A stretch of DNA of 64,000 nucleotides from an uncultured bacterium (GTDB taxonomy: Bacteria; Electryoneota; AABM5-125-24; Hatepunaeales; Hatepunaeaceae): the NCBI GenBank assembly GCA_964627035.1, contig CAZVKN010000016.1, positions 5,615-69,614 on the forward strand, read 5' to 3'. The notes below the pieces were generated by a model. It made no database searches, was not told the DNA's origin, and was given only the letters and a program-made list of their open reading frames with translations. Position numbers and translations under genes: made by a program. Below are positions 1 through 9,514 of this stretch, piece by piece; position 1 is the stretch's first letter, and each line of letters starts with the position of its first letter.

Positions 1-3
1 GAA

Positions 4-75
4 GGCCCCATCGTTCAGTGGTTAGGACACGAGGTTTTCGACCTCGCGACGGGGGTTCGATTCCCCCTGGGGCTA
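4..75 (+). tRNA. tRNA-Glu (anticodon TTC), CCA not encoded
   Basis: Acceptor GGCCCCA/TGGGGCT, D-arm with TGGTTAGGAC, anticodon stem CGAGG/CCTCG with loop TT-TTC-GA, T-loop GGTTCGATT. Confidence 0.95.
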
Positions 76-80
76 CTTAG

Positions 81-112
81 GACGGCCTTCGATGTTTCGA
101 GGGTCGTTTTTT
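81..112 (+). terminator. Intrinsic terminator after tRNA-Glu
   Basis: GACGGCCTTCGA-tgtt-TCGAGGGTCGTT hairpin running into a T tract. Confidence 0.8.
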
Positions 113-147
113 GATGAACCTGACTTCAGTCAAAACAAGAGAGAACT

Positions 148-669
148 ATGCGTCTTATTACCCGCCTCGATCTCGACGGAATCATCTCTGCAGTTATGAT
201 TTCTGCAGTTGATAGAATCGAAGAGATCAACTTTGCAAATCCTTCGGACATCGAAAACAGGATGGTAGAGATTGACGAGATACTTGAGATGGGACCTGTC
301 AAAAAACGTGTTGAACGCTATTTCAGAGATGAAGAGCGCTTCAAGGAAGAGCTGACGCATTACACAAATGTCGTTGACGGCATCATTGTCACCGATTTTC
401 GTGACTTTAGTGATCCCCCGCATGGAAATCGCTTCTTTGTATTTGCACAGTATCCTGAGGGTACGGTTCATGTACGGATGGACACGATTGATATCATGCG
501 AGTTAAAGCATCTGTCAGCAAGAGCATTTTCAACCGCTCCTGCACGACTCACATCGGTCAACTGATGGAAGAGTTCGGTGGTGGTGGGGTTGCAGGTGCA
601 GGTACTTGCATGCTGAACAAACGAACCGTTGATGACAGGATCCAGCAGATCATTGACCGTTTGAAATAA
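148..669 (+). CDS. Internally deleted DHH/DHHA1-family (exopolyphosphatase-like/NrnB-like) paralog; possible pseudogene
   Basis: N-terminal MRLITRLDLDG..FANPSDI and C-terminal GNRF..SIFNR..GGGG align with 787..1689, but about 127 central residues are missing. Confidence 0.7.
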   Translation: MRLITRLDLDGIISAVMISAVDRIEEINFANPSDIENRMVEIDEILEMGPVKKRVERYFRDEERFKEELTHYTNVVDGIIVTDFRDFSDPPHGNRFFVFAQYPEGTVHVRMDTIDIMRVKASVSKSIFNRSCTTHIGQLMEEFGGGGVAGAGTCMLNKRTVDDRIQQIIDRLK

Positions 670-678
670 GTGTTATTA

Positions 679-705
679 ACGGCTGCATCGAGATGGTGCA
701 GCCGT
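679..705 (+). terminator. Hairpin, probable terminator
   Basis: ACGGCTGCA...TGCAGCCGT stem just after the stop; T run 5 nt downstream. Confidence 0.55.
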
Positions 706-786
706 CCACATTTTTGTCCATGGCAAGTGACTAACAGCCGTTTGCCAATCCTGTCTGTTAATGTACTAATATACTGAGGAACAGCC

Positions 787-1689
787 ATGAGACTTATTAC
801 CAGAGCAAATCTGGACGGTGTGACCTGCGCAGTTTTGATCACTTCAACAGATTCGGTCGAGCAGATTCTGTTTGCCAACCCGAAAGATATTGAAGACGGT
901 ACAGTTGAAGTCAAGCGTGGTGACATAATTGCAAATTTACCGTTCCACCCAGATGCCGCCACCTGGTTTGATAACCACAGTCCGTCAGCCGGAGCAAAGA
1001 ATCCCGGGCAACAGATCAGAGGTAAGCGCGGACCGGCACCGAGTAGTGCACGCTTAGTCTATGAATTCTATGGCAACCCCCGTCTTGAGCGTTTCGAAGA
1101 GTTGATAAAGGAAAACGACCGAATAGACAGCGCAGATCTGACTATTGACGATGTGTTGAATCCCAAAGATTGGGTACTGCTCAGCTACACGCTGGATCCG
1201 TTTATGGGACTGGAAAACTTTCACAACTATGCCAATCAGGTCATTATCGCCATCAAACATGGATCATCTATTCGTCAGATTCTTGAGATGTCGGATGTCA
1301 AAGGACGGATAGGAATGTACCTCCGTGATGCGGATGACTTCAAAGAAGCACTACAGGAGATCACAGAGTTGGATGAAAATGTGATAGTTACTGACTTTCG
1401 GAAGATGGAAGATATTCCGGCAGGGAACCGATTTATTGCATTCGCGCTCTCACTGTATCCTGACGGGAATGTTCAGATTCGGATCCGTCATCATAAGGAA
1501 AAGGACAAAGTCAGAATTCGGATGGGCAAGAGTATCTTCAATCGTACCAGTTCTGTGCATCTTGGAAAGCTGGCTGCCGAGTATGGCGGCGGTGGATTGG
1601 AAGGAGCTGCAGGGTGTCTGCTTGAACCGGATCAGGCAGAGAAGCAGATTGCGGAGTTAATTGAACGGTTGAAAAGTTCATCTGAATAG
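787..1689 (+). CDS. DHH/DHHA1-family phosphoesterase-like protein with degenerate motifs
   Basis: RLITRANLDG, FANPKD, NLPFHP, WFDNH, APSSAR, GNRF, KSIFNR, GGGG; SD GAGGA. Confidence 0.8.
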   Translation: MRLITRANLDGVTCAVLITSTDSVEQILFANPKDIEDGTVEVKRGDIIANLPFHPDAATWFDNHSPSAGAKNPGQQIRGKRGPAPSSARLVYEFYGNPRLERFEELIKENDRIDSADLTIDDVLNPKDWVLLSYTLDPFMGLENFHNYANQVIIAIKHGSSIRQILEMSDVKGRIGMYLRDADDFKEALQEITELDENVIVTDFRKMEDIPAGNRFIAFALSLYPDGNVQIRIRHHKEKDKVRIRMGKSIFNRTSSVHLGKLAAEYGGGGLEGAAGCLLEPDQAEKQIAELIERLKSSSE

Positions 1690-1695
1690 GCGAAA

Positions 1696-1861
1696 GTCGG
1701 GCTTGAGACAAGCCCGACTACAGGCAAATTCTCTCAAACGGTCTTGTCGTCTAATAGTCTATAATACTCCTTTATGTCATTCCGGATTACTGGATTCCCG
1801 CCTTCGCGGGAATGACGAGGATATAAATAAATCAAAGAACTCATGGTGTCTCAACCACGAC
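1696..1861. repeat. REP cluster: GTAG-type palindrome (1696-1721), GTCATTCC/GGAATGAC palindrome (1776-1816), partial REP (1841-1861)
   Basis: GTCGGGCTTG-aga-CAAGCCCGAC-TAC; GGATTCCCGCCTTCGCGGGAATGAC; related copies elsewhere in the window. Confidence 0.8.
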
Positions 1862-1866
1862 AATTG

Positions 1867-3753
1867 CTACGAGTTTACCGTAATCAACTTCATCTTTCTG
1901 CGAGCCTGATCGCACAGCGGGCTGTCGGGATAGTCAATTAACAGGGTTTCATAATACTCAATCGCATTTTCTATCTGATGAAGCCGATTCTCGCACAGTT
2001 CACCGGCGGTCAGCAAAGCCAAATCAGCACGGTATGCTGATGTGCCCATATCTATAATACTTCGGAGAGCTGATAACGCAGGTTGGAATTGCTCACCTTC
2101 CACCTTGATTTTATATTTTCTCCAATAAGCTTCCTCTTTCACCCGCACAGAAGACACTTCAACCAAAGAATCAATTATTTCTTCTGCTGATTCCAATTCT
2201 TTTAGAAATATATGTCTGTCAACATCTCCAATGGCAATGATGGACAAGGAATCACTTTTCAGATCATTGATGAGTGCGATTGCAGATAAGGCTTCATTCG
2301 CCTGTGAAGACGACGGATCCGATAGAAGTATTGACTCCGCCATCTGTCGCGATTTAGCGATCTCACCCGTCAGGAAATAGAGGCTTGCCAGCTCGGATCG
2401 TGCAAAAGGTGATCTCCATTTACCTTTGCTGTTGCTGCGAATGATCTTTACAAGCTGTTTCTCTGCTTCCTTCCAATTCTTCTCATACGCCCAAGTCAAT
2501 GCAGCAGCAACCTTTAATCCTTCAAGTTGTTCCGGCTTCTGTTTTATATTTCTCACCAAATCGAGGGCAGAATTTAAATATCCTCTTGCACTTTCAGGAG
2601 AGTCGTGATAATCCATTTCGATGTATCCGAGACGGCTGTACGCCTGAAAGGCGACCAACTTAGAAACACCGGGTTCTAATGAAGCATGTAACGCAGCCTT
2701 TGCACTGTCAATCTGTCCCAACTTTTCAGCAACGATGCCAATGCCGAGATATGCTTCAGAGACGAGAGCAACTGCAGGTTTGAGTAATTGAATCTCGTTG
2801 TAGCTGTTCCAGGCAAACTGATACTCCTCTTCATCAACCAACATCTGAGCAAAATCCAGCAGGAATATCGCCTGCTCATCTCTGTTGCCACCCATTGACA
2901 CGAAAGCATCAAGAGCTTGACTGTACCTTCGAGCACGAAAATGCAGGGATGCGAGCAACTGTGTGAGAACTTGTTTGAATTGGCGGTCGGCAGACAGCCT
3001 TTGCTCCTGAATAATACTGACAGCCATGCTGTCCGCACCCATATTGGCAGGCATGTCACCGATAACACCTGTCACATAGCTCAAACGTTTAGGTGAATCC
3101 TTTAGATACAGCAGGTATTCACTGATTGCCGTCTCCCAATCCATCCGCAACCCGCTATAGCTTGCTATTTCACGAGCATAGAGGTATGGATTTCTTAACT
3201 CACTGCGTCCCCGCAGATAAACCGCAATTGCTTCCTCGTTTTTGCGCTGCCCGAACAGGAGATTGGCAGTTTCGCTATAAGCTTTCGGATCAGTTCGGTA
3301 CTCCTGCAGCAATTGCTCAATTGCAGCTTCTGCGTCAGCTGTTCTCTCAGCGAAAAACATGATTGAAACTCTATCCGCTGCTATTGAGACGGGTTTGAGT
3401 CTGTTCTTTCTCGCTTTCGCATCAATAAGGACAGTGTCGAGAAAAGTCAAAGCCTCATCATACCGCTCCAGTCCCGACAGACATCGCTGGATCCCATTAT
3501 ACGAGGAAATATCCACACCTTTCTCACGCATCACATACTTCCAGATATCGAATGCTTGCTCAAACTGATTGTTTTTCTCTGCTTCGCGAGCGTTCCTTTG
3601 CATCCGATACATCTCCTGCCGCTTGTCCTTGCTCAGGTTTTGAGCGGACACCTGTCCCGTCATTGACGCCGACAGCATCAAAGTTATGATCAGGATAAAA
3701 AGTGACCGATAAAAATGTGTTGGTATAGATATGATTGGATGATTCTCCCGCAT
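1867..3753 (-). CDS. Exported tetratricopeptide-repeat protein
   Basis: Hydrophobic N-terminal signal, repeated TPR-like helices, C-terminal YETLLIDYPDSPLCDQAR. Confidence 0.8.
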   Translation of the reverse strand: MRENHPIISIPTHFYRSLFILIITLMLSASMTGQVSAQNLSKDKRQEMYRMQRNAREAEKNNQFEQAFDIWKYVMREKGVDISSYNGIQRCLSGLERYDEALTFLDTVLIDAKARKNRLKPVSIAADRVSIMFFAERTADAEAAIEQLLQEYRTDPKAYSETANLLFGQRKNEEAIAVYLRGRSELRNPYLYAREIASYSGLRMDWETAISEYLLYLKDSPKRLSYVTGVIGDMPANMGADSMAVSIIQEQRLSADRQFKQVLTQLLASLHFRARRYSQALDAFVSMGGNRDEQAIFLLDFAQMLVDEEEYQFAWNSYNEIQLLKPAVALVSEAYLGIGIVAEKLGQIDSAKAALHASLEPGVSKLVAFQAYSRLGYIEMDYHDSPESARGYLNSALDLVRNIKQKPEQLEGLKVAAALTWAYEKNWKEAEKQLVKIIRSNSKGKWRSPFARSELASLYFLTGEIAKSRQMAESILLSDPSSSQANEALSAIALINDLKSDSLSIIAIGDVDRHIFLKELESAEEIIDSLVEVSSVRVKEEAYWRKYKIKVEGEQFQPALSALRSIIDMGTSAYRADLALLTAGELCENRLHQIENAIEYYETLLIDYPDSPLCDQARRKMKLITVNS

Positions 3754-3763
3754 TAAAAGGAAT

Positions 3764-3788
3764 CCCGACTTCGGAGAAGTCGGGCTAC
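3764..3788. repeat. GTAG-type REP hairpin between E2 and TPR genes
   Basis: CCCGACTTC-gga-GAAGTCGGG-CTAC. Confidence 0.6.
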
Positions 3789-3810
3789 TTTAGATTCAAT
3801 AATTTTATGT

Positions 3811-5157
3811 CTATCCCTCAAAATTCTCCAGCAATTGAGCCACACGTGCCATAAAACGTCCAGCCATCGCCCCGTCAATAATCCTATGATCGTAAGATAG
3901 CGACTTAATCATCATCGAACGGATTCCGATAGTGTCGCCGGTTTCAGTTTCGATCACTACCGGACGTTTTTGGATAGCACCAGTTCCCAGAATCGCAACC
4001 TGAGGCTGATTGATAATCGGTGCACCGCTGATGTTTCCGAATACGCCCACGTTGGTGATGGTGAATGTTCCACCGCTGACATCTTCCGGGTCAAGTTTGC
4101 CGTTTCGAGCTTTCTCAGCGAGATCATGCAGACCTCTTGCAATTCCGGTCAGATTTAATGCATCTACACCCTTTATTACTGGAACAATAAGACCTCCATC
4201 AGGAAGCTCTACTGCGAAACCAATGTTTATCTGTTTTCTGAGAATGACATTGTAACCGTCAACTGAGGCGTTTATATAAGGGAATTCCTTGAGAGCACGA
4301 GCGACCACATATATGAAATATGATGTATATGTGATGTTGATACCCTCTTCAGCCCGGAATGTTCCTTTCAGTGCCTCGCGATGTTTGACTACAGCAGTCA
4401 TGTCAACATCCGAGAATGAGACCACATGTGGAGATGTATGAACAGACTTTACCATGTGATCAGCGATCATGCGCCGCATGCGATCCATCTCGACCACTTC
4501 ATCACTCTGACTTCGCCAGACGTGCTGCGGTTCAGGAGGAGGTGCTGGTTTTACCGCAGTTGGCGGTGCTGCTTTTGGAGCAGCCGGTGCGGACACAGAT
4601 TTATTCTTCCGCTCCTTCACATAAGCCAGCATGTCCTTCTTAGTAACTCGACCGTCACGACCGCTGCCCTGAATCTGGTGAATCTCCTCAAACGGTATCC
4701 CATCAGCAGCAGCGATTGACTGAACCAGTGGTGAGATAAAGGTAGATTTCTTACCGTCTTTTGGAGCTATTTTTTCCTGCTTCGGTTTCTCTTTGGTTAC
4801 CTTCTTAAACTCCTTGACCGAAAGCCCACCACCATCCGAAGCATCATGTGGAGATGACTCTTGAGCAGGAGGTCGTGTTATCTCTTTATCGTCTTTGCCT
4901 GCTCCTTTAGATTCAGCTCCTTCCGTTTCGATAATCAACAGGACGGTTTCAATCGCAACGGTTTCACCTTCATTGACGATGATTTCGACAATTCTTCCGG
5001 TTGCAGGAGACGGGATCTCACTGTCAACCTTGTCGGTCGAAATCTCCAGAATATCCTCATCCAGTTCGACCCAATCACCGACACCTTTGCGCCATTTTAC
5101 TATTGTACCTTCTGCAATGGATTCACCCATTTGCGGCATGATCATCTCTATTTTCAT
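3811..5157 (-). CDS. 2-oxoacid dehydrogenase E2 (dihydrolipoamide acyltransferase)
   Basis: Lipoyl domain STDKVDSEI, E3-binding GSGRDGRVTKKD, catalytic SYDHRIIDG; substrate specificity not assignable. Confidence 0.93.
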   Translation of the reverse strand: MKIEMIMPQMGESIAEGTIVKWRKGVGDWVELDEDILEISTDKVDSEIPSPATGRIVEIIVNEGETVAIETVLLIIETEGAESKGAGKDDKEITRPPAQESSPHDASDGGGLSVKEFKKVTKEKPKQEKIAPKDGKKSTFISPLVQSIAAADGIPFEEIHQIQGSGRDGRVTKKDMLAYVKERKNKSVSAPAAPKAAPPTAVKPAPPPEPQHVWRSQSDEVVEMDRMRRMIADHMVKSVHTSPHVVSFSDVDMTAVVKHREALKGTFRAEEGINITYTSYFIYVVARALKEFPYINASVDGYNVILRKQINIGFAVELPDGGLIVPVIKGVDALNLTGIARGLHDLAEKARNGKLDPEDVSGGTFTITNVGVFGNISGAPIINQPQVAILGTGAIQKRPVVIETETGDTIGIRSMMIKSLSYDHRIIDGAMAGRFMARVAQLLENFEG

Positions 5158-6099
5158 TTATTTGACCTTTGGTTTATTATTCTGATTGTAAACAGAAATC
5201 GCCTCTTCCGCCTTATACGAACTCCGCACCAGCGGACCGCTGGCGACATGCTCAAATCCGATGGAATATGCGTAATCGGACAACTCTTGAAACTCGTCGG
5301 GGAGGACATATCGAGTTACGGGCATCTGGTCCTTTGATGGCTGCAGATATTGTCCTACCGTCAGGCTTTTCACACCGGATGATCGCATATCCCGCAGCAC
5401 TTCCCGGACTTCTTCCATCTCCTCACCGACACCGACAAACAGACCCGCCTTGGTTACCAGCCCTCTCTCAGAGAACATCTCCAGCAGTTTCAACGATCCT
5501 TCATAGTTTGCCCCCGGACGAATTTGGCGATACAAGCGTGGGACAGTCTCAATGTTGTGATTCATTATGTTGGGTGGTGATTCGCTTAAAATATCAACCG
5601 CAATTTGCTCACGACGACGGAAATCCGGCACGAGCGTTTCTATACCGGCATCCGGCATCTCGCGACGTACTTCATTGATGACTGCAGCAAAATGACCGGC
5701 ACCTGCATCCGGTAGATCATCGCGATCAACAGACGTTACTACTATCCAGTGGAGTCCCATCTCCTTTGCAGCTTTAACCAATCTATATGGCTCATCAGGA
5801 TCAGGCGGTTCAGGTTTACCGCTTCCGATTGCGCAGAAGCTACACTTGCGGGTGCAGATGTCACCGAGTATCATAAATGTAGCAGTGCCTCTACCCCAAC
5901 ATTCACCGATATTTGGGCAACGAGCAGATTGGCAGACAGAGTTCAGTTTCTGTTCCTTCATCAATCCAGCAACATCACCAAATGTAGAGTTTGCTGAAAG
6001 TCTGACTTTCAACCAATCAGGTCGTTTCTTCGGTTTGATCCTGTTCAACGAGGAATCAGGATCATCATTCCTGATTGTGAATGAGTCAAGGGGCTTCAC
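5158..6099 (-). CDS. lipA: Lipoyl synthase
   Basis: CQSARCPNIGEC, radical SAM CTRKCSFC, C-terminal VRSSY. Confidence 0.97.
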   Translation of the reverse strand: MKPLDSFTIRNDDPDSSLNRIKPKKRPDWLKVRLSANSTFGDVAGLMKEQKLNSVCQSARCPNIGECWGRGTATFMILGDICTRKCSFCAIGSGKPEPPDPDEPYRLVKAAKEMGLHWIVVTSVDRDDLPDAGAGHFAAVINEVRREMPDAGIETLVPDFRRREQIAVDILSESPPNIMNHNIETVPRLYRQIRPGANYEGSLKLLEMFSERGLVTKAGLFVGVGEEMEEVREVLRDMRSSGVKSLTVGQYLQPSKDQMPVTRYVLPDEFQELSDYAYSIGFEHVASGPLVRSSYKAEEAISVYNQNNKPKVK

Positions 6100-6344
6100 A
6101 TGTCACTCCCCATTGCACGTCCGGCTTCGCTTCTCGCTTCAATCTCTATCAGTTGCCTCCGCAGGGCGGTTTCATGTTCAACTTCCTCGCGAGCCAACCT
6201 GAGCAGCAACTCACGTGCTTCCTTAGTGTGAACACGATTGGCTGCCTCTCTGTAATAGTGGTGAGCTTGTGCCTCTCGCTTTATGGCAATGCGGAATATG
6301 TCTTCTAAGGTTGCCTCTGTACGAATTGCATCATCGTTCGACAT
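6096..6344 (-). CDS. Short ferritin/rubrerythrin-like protein (half four-helix bundle)
   Basis: AIKREAQAHHYY...LAREEVEH; SD AGGAG; GTGA overlap with lipA. Confidence 0.8.
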   Translation of the reverse strand: MSNDDAIRTEATLEDIFRIAIKREAQAHHYYREAANRVHTKEARELLLRLAREEVEHETALRRQLIEIEARSEAGRAMGSDM

Positions 6345-6439
6345 AACAGTCTCCTGAAAGGTTATCTAATTCTGAATATAGGTACTACGAACATCATCTG
6401 TATTCGTGTGATAATCATGCTTGAATAGGCTGTGACACT

Positions 6440-7801
6440 CTAAATACGATGATCTATTACACCGGTTTCCGGTGGTTTTGGTTTCCCGCTCCTGTGACGA
6501 AGGATTTCACCGATGAGATAGAACGATCCGGTGGCAAGTATCAACTCCTCACGTTCCGCCTCACGTTTTGCTGCTTCAAAGGCTGTTGGGACATCGGAAT
6601 AGAGCTGAAAACTGACATCCGCCTCTTCTGCTGCTTCCCTGAGTTCAGATTCATCTTTACTCTTTGGAAAGCAAATGGGCGCAAGATAGAACTTAACGGT
6701 TCTGTCAGCGAGACTTCGTATCATTCTGTGCAGCGGTTTACTTTTCATTGAGGAAATAACTACACGCAGCGGTGCGGGAGTGATTCCATCAATGGACTCT
6801 CGTACTGACTTCATTGCCATATCGTTGTGGGCTCCATCAAGAATAATTGGAGGATTGCTTTTTATGTATTGCATTCTCCCCCTCATTCTACTGCTTCTGA
6901 ATCCTTCGATGCACGCTTCTAAAGGTATTTTAAAACCACTGATCCTTAGCTGCTCAACTGCTGTAAGAGCGGTAGCCAAGTTGTCGGCTTGATATTTGCC
7001 AACGGATTGTAAGGTAGCAAATACTTTTTCTTTCCTCACAGCAATAAGTTTACAAAAGTACTGTTCGAAATCATATTCGATCCGATCAAACAATTCATTT
7101 GACGGTGGTGCTATTGTCAATTTCGCACTTACTTCATTCGCTCGTTTCTTGATCTCAGTTAGTGCGTTCTCATCCTGTTGAGCGGTTACTGCCGGAACTC
7201 CAGCTTTAATGATGTGCGCCTTATCCGCAGCGATTTCTGAAATTGTTTCGCCGAGTATAGCGGTATGGTCAAGCCCGACAGGTGTTATTATTGACAGGAT
7301 CGGTTCCACTATATTGGTCGCATCGAGTTTGCCTCCAAGACCCGCTTCAATTACCGCGACATCAATCTTTTTCAATGAAAAATGCGCAAACATTGCCGCT
7401 GTGAGAATCTCAAAGAGTGTCCTGTAAGAAGCCGCTAAAGGTCCGTTAATCATCTCAATAGCTTGTTTAACATACCTAATACTTCTGGCAAAATCAATTT
7501 TTACAATTGAATATCCATTTGTCCTGATCCGCTCCCTCACAGAAAGGAGATGAGGTGATGTATAAACACCGACTTTATAACCTGCAGATTTCAGGATTGA
7601 ACCCAACACTATAGCGGTTGATCCCTTTCCTTTGGTTCCGGCAATATGAATGATCGGGTAATTTTGCTGTGGATTTCCCAACTTATCCAGAATTAGCTTT
7701 AACCGATCAAGATCCTCTTCGCGTGTTGTGAACTGTCGCTCAGGTAACCGCTCGAAGTTTATGAAACTGTTCAGGTAGTGGATTGATTCTTCGTAATTCA
7801 T
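6440..7801 (-). CDS. folC: Folylpolyglutamate/dihydrofolate synthase
   Basis: IHIAGTKGKGS, YTSPHL, EAGLGGKLDATN, LDGAHN; start adjusted to MNYEESI. Confidence 0.95.
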   Translation of the reverse strand: MNYEESIHYLNSFINFERLPERQFTTREEDLDRLKLILDKLGNPQQNYPIIHIAGTKGKGSTAIVLGSILKSAGYKVGVYTSPHLLSVRERIRTNGYSIVKIDFARSIRYVKQAIEMINGPLAASYRTLFEILTAAMFAHFSLKKIDVAVIEAGLGGKLDATNIVEPILSIITPVGLDHTAILGETISEIAADKAHIIKAGVPAVTAQQDENALTEIKKRANEVSAKLTIAPPSNELFDRIEYDFEQYFCKLIAVRKEKVFATLQSVGKYQADNLATALTAVEQLRISGFKIPLEACIEGFRSSRMRGRMQYIKSNPPIILDGAHNDMAMKSVRESIDGITPAPLRVVISSMKSKPLHRMIRSLADRTVKFYLAPICFPKSKDESELREAAEEADVSFQLYSDVPTAFEAAKREAEREELILATGSFYLIGEILRHRSGKPKPPETGVIDHRI

Positions 7802-7808
7802 TTTTCCC

Positions 7809-8429
7809 TCATTTTTGTTTGTAAGCCCAAATGAAACCGAACGCAAACCCTCCGACATGCGCCCAGTGTGCGGTCATACTGTACGGATTAAGCAACGCAT
7901 TGAGAAACTCAATAATCATCCATCCAATCAACAGAATAAATGCGTGCATTCTGAAAAAAATCGGATAGATTATGAGCAGAAATATACACCTGACCCGTGC
8001 ATGTGGGTATTTGACAAGGTAGCTGCCCATCACTCCGGCAACCGCACCGGAAGCACCTATCACTGGAGTACTGCTCATAAAAAGAGAAAACAGAGCATGA
8101 GTCAGATTTCCTACTATTCCAGCCAACAGGAACAGTTGTATGAACTTAAGCTTGCCGAAATAGTCCTCAATGTTATCACCAAACAGCCACATGAACCACA
8201 TGTTACTTAGTAAATGAAAGAATCCGGCATGAAGAAACATTGAAGTAGCCAGCGTATGCGGTTTAAACAGTATTCTGTTTGGAACGAAACCGTACAGATC
8301 GGCAGCCAAATGAATAGAACCTACGAGATTATTCAGAAAGTAAAAATAGATATTGACAGCAATGATTGTGATAGTCAGTATCGGAACAGTTCGGGTGGCA
8401 TTCTCATCCCGGTATGGTATGATAAGCAT
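7809..8429 (-). CDS. Rhomboid intramembrane serine protease
   Basis: TSMFLHAG, HLLSNM, GASGA, AHVGGF. Confidence 0.93.
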   Translation of the reverse strand: MLIIPYRDENATRTVPILTITIIAVNIYFYFLNNLVGSIHLAADLYGFVPNRILFKPHTLATSMFLHAGFFHLLSNMWFMWLFGDNIEDYFGKLKFIQLFLLAGIVGNLTHALFSLFMSSTPVIGASGAVAGVMGSYLVKYPHARVRCIFLLIIYPIFFRMHAFILLIGWMIIEFLNALLNPYSMTAHWAHVGGFAFGFIWAYKQK

Positions 8430-8432
8430 CTA

Positions 8433-9506
8433 TTAGGCTGGCAGCATGTTTCTGTTCCGAATGACAGCTTCTGCGATGCGCACTGCATTGGTGGCAGCAC
8501 CCGTTCGCAGGTTGTCAGCGACTATCCACAAAGCTAAACCGCTCTTTCCGAAGTCGCTACGTATCCTACCGACCAATGTGTTATCTTTACCCGCAGCGAA
8601 CTGCGGAGTAGGATACAGATCCTGAGCAGGATCGTCAATCAGTGTTACGCCCGGTGCTCCCGCCAATACTTCCATTACTTCACCTATATTCACGCGAGAC
8701 TCAAAATCGGCGTGGACAGCAATGCTGTGTCCTATAGAAACAGGAACACGAACCGCCGTCGGTCGTATTGACAGTCGGGGACGATTTAGAATTCTGCGCG
8801 CTTCGTAGATCATCTTGTGCTCTTCGCCGCTGCGAGGTTTCCCTTTATAGCCAATCCAGGGAATCACATTGTTGGCGATGCGATGAGGAAATGCTGACGG
8901 TTTAGCTTCCGGATTTTCCAATTCACGCTTTAGAGCTGCTAATCCATATCGTCCCTGTCCAGAGACAGATTGGAAGCTGACCATCACCACACGTTTAGTT
9001 CTGAAACGGTTATCCAACGGTGCCATGACCGTTACAAAAGGAATTGTGGTGCAATTGGGATTGGCAATGATACCGCTGTTATTGACAATTTCCTCCTCGT
9101 TGACATGAGGCACTACCAACGGAGCATATTCCTTGTCCCGAAAATAGGAGCTTTTATCAATTACTACCGCTCCTTGTCGGGAAAATCTTCGCGCCCATGT
9201 TCTTGAAACCGTGCTTCCGGCAGCCATGAACACAAAGTCAAGGTGTGGGATCTTCCTCTCTTTCAGGGATTGAAGTGCAACCTGCCCAAACGGAGTGTCC
9301 AACCATCGCCCTTCAGAATCCGGTGAAGCAAAGAGGTGTAACTCGCTGATCGAAAACTGTCGTTCATAAAGCAATTGCAGAACTGAACTACCGACTGCTC
9401 CGGTCGCACCCACTACGCCAACCTTATACTTGCCGTCAAACCTGATCGGTTTGATCATAAAGTTGAACGCAGACTGATCGGAGAGTGTTATGCTCTGATC
9501 ATCCAT
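8433..9506 (-). CDS. asd: Aspartate-semialdehyde dehydrogenase
   Basis: GATGAVG, ANPNCTT, QSVSG, RVPVxxGH, DNLRTGAATNAV. Confidence 0.95.
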   Translation of the reverse strand: MDDQSITLSDQSAFNFMIKPIRFDGKYKVGVVGATGAVGSSVLQLLYERQFSISELHLFASPDSEGRWLDTPFGQVALQSLKERKIPHLDFVFMAAGSTVSRTWARRFSRQGAVVIDKSSYFRDKEYAPLVVPHVNEEEIVNNSGIIANPNCTTIPFVTVMAPLDNRFRTKRVVMVSFQSVSGQGRYGLAALKRELENPEAKPSAFPHRIANNVIPWIGYKGKPRSGEEHKMIYEARRILNRPRLSIRPTAVRVPVSIGHSIAVHADFESRVNIGEVMEVLAGAPGVTLIDDPAQDLYPTPQFAAGKDNTLVGRIRSDFGKSGLALWIVADNLRTGAATNAVRIAEAVIRNRNMLPA

Positions 9507-9514
9507 AATTACCT

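Noticed and set aside
1-700. tRNA-Glu as an integration site for an island
   Set aside because: No integrase nearby and I saw no duplicated tRNA 3' end in the window
1703-1909. 68-aa ORF
   Set aside because: Translation of REP/RPE repeats (LDSRLRGND); TTG start, no SD
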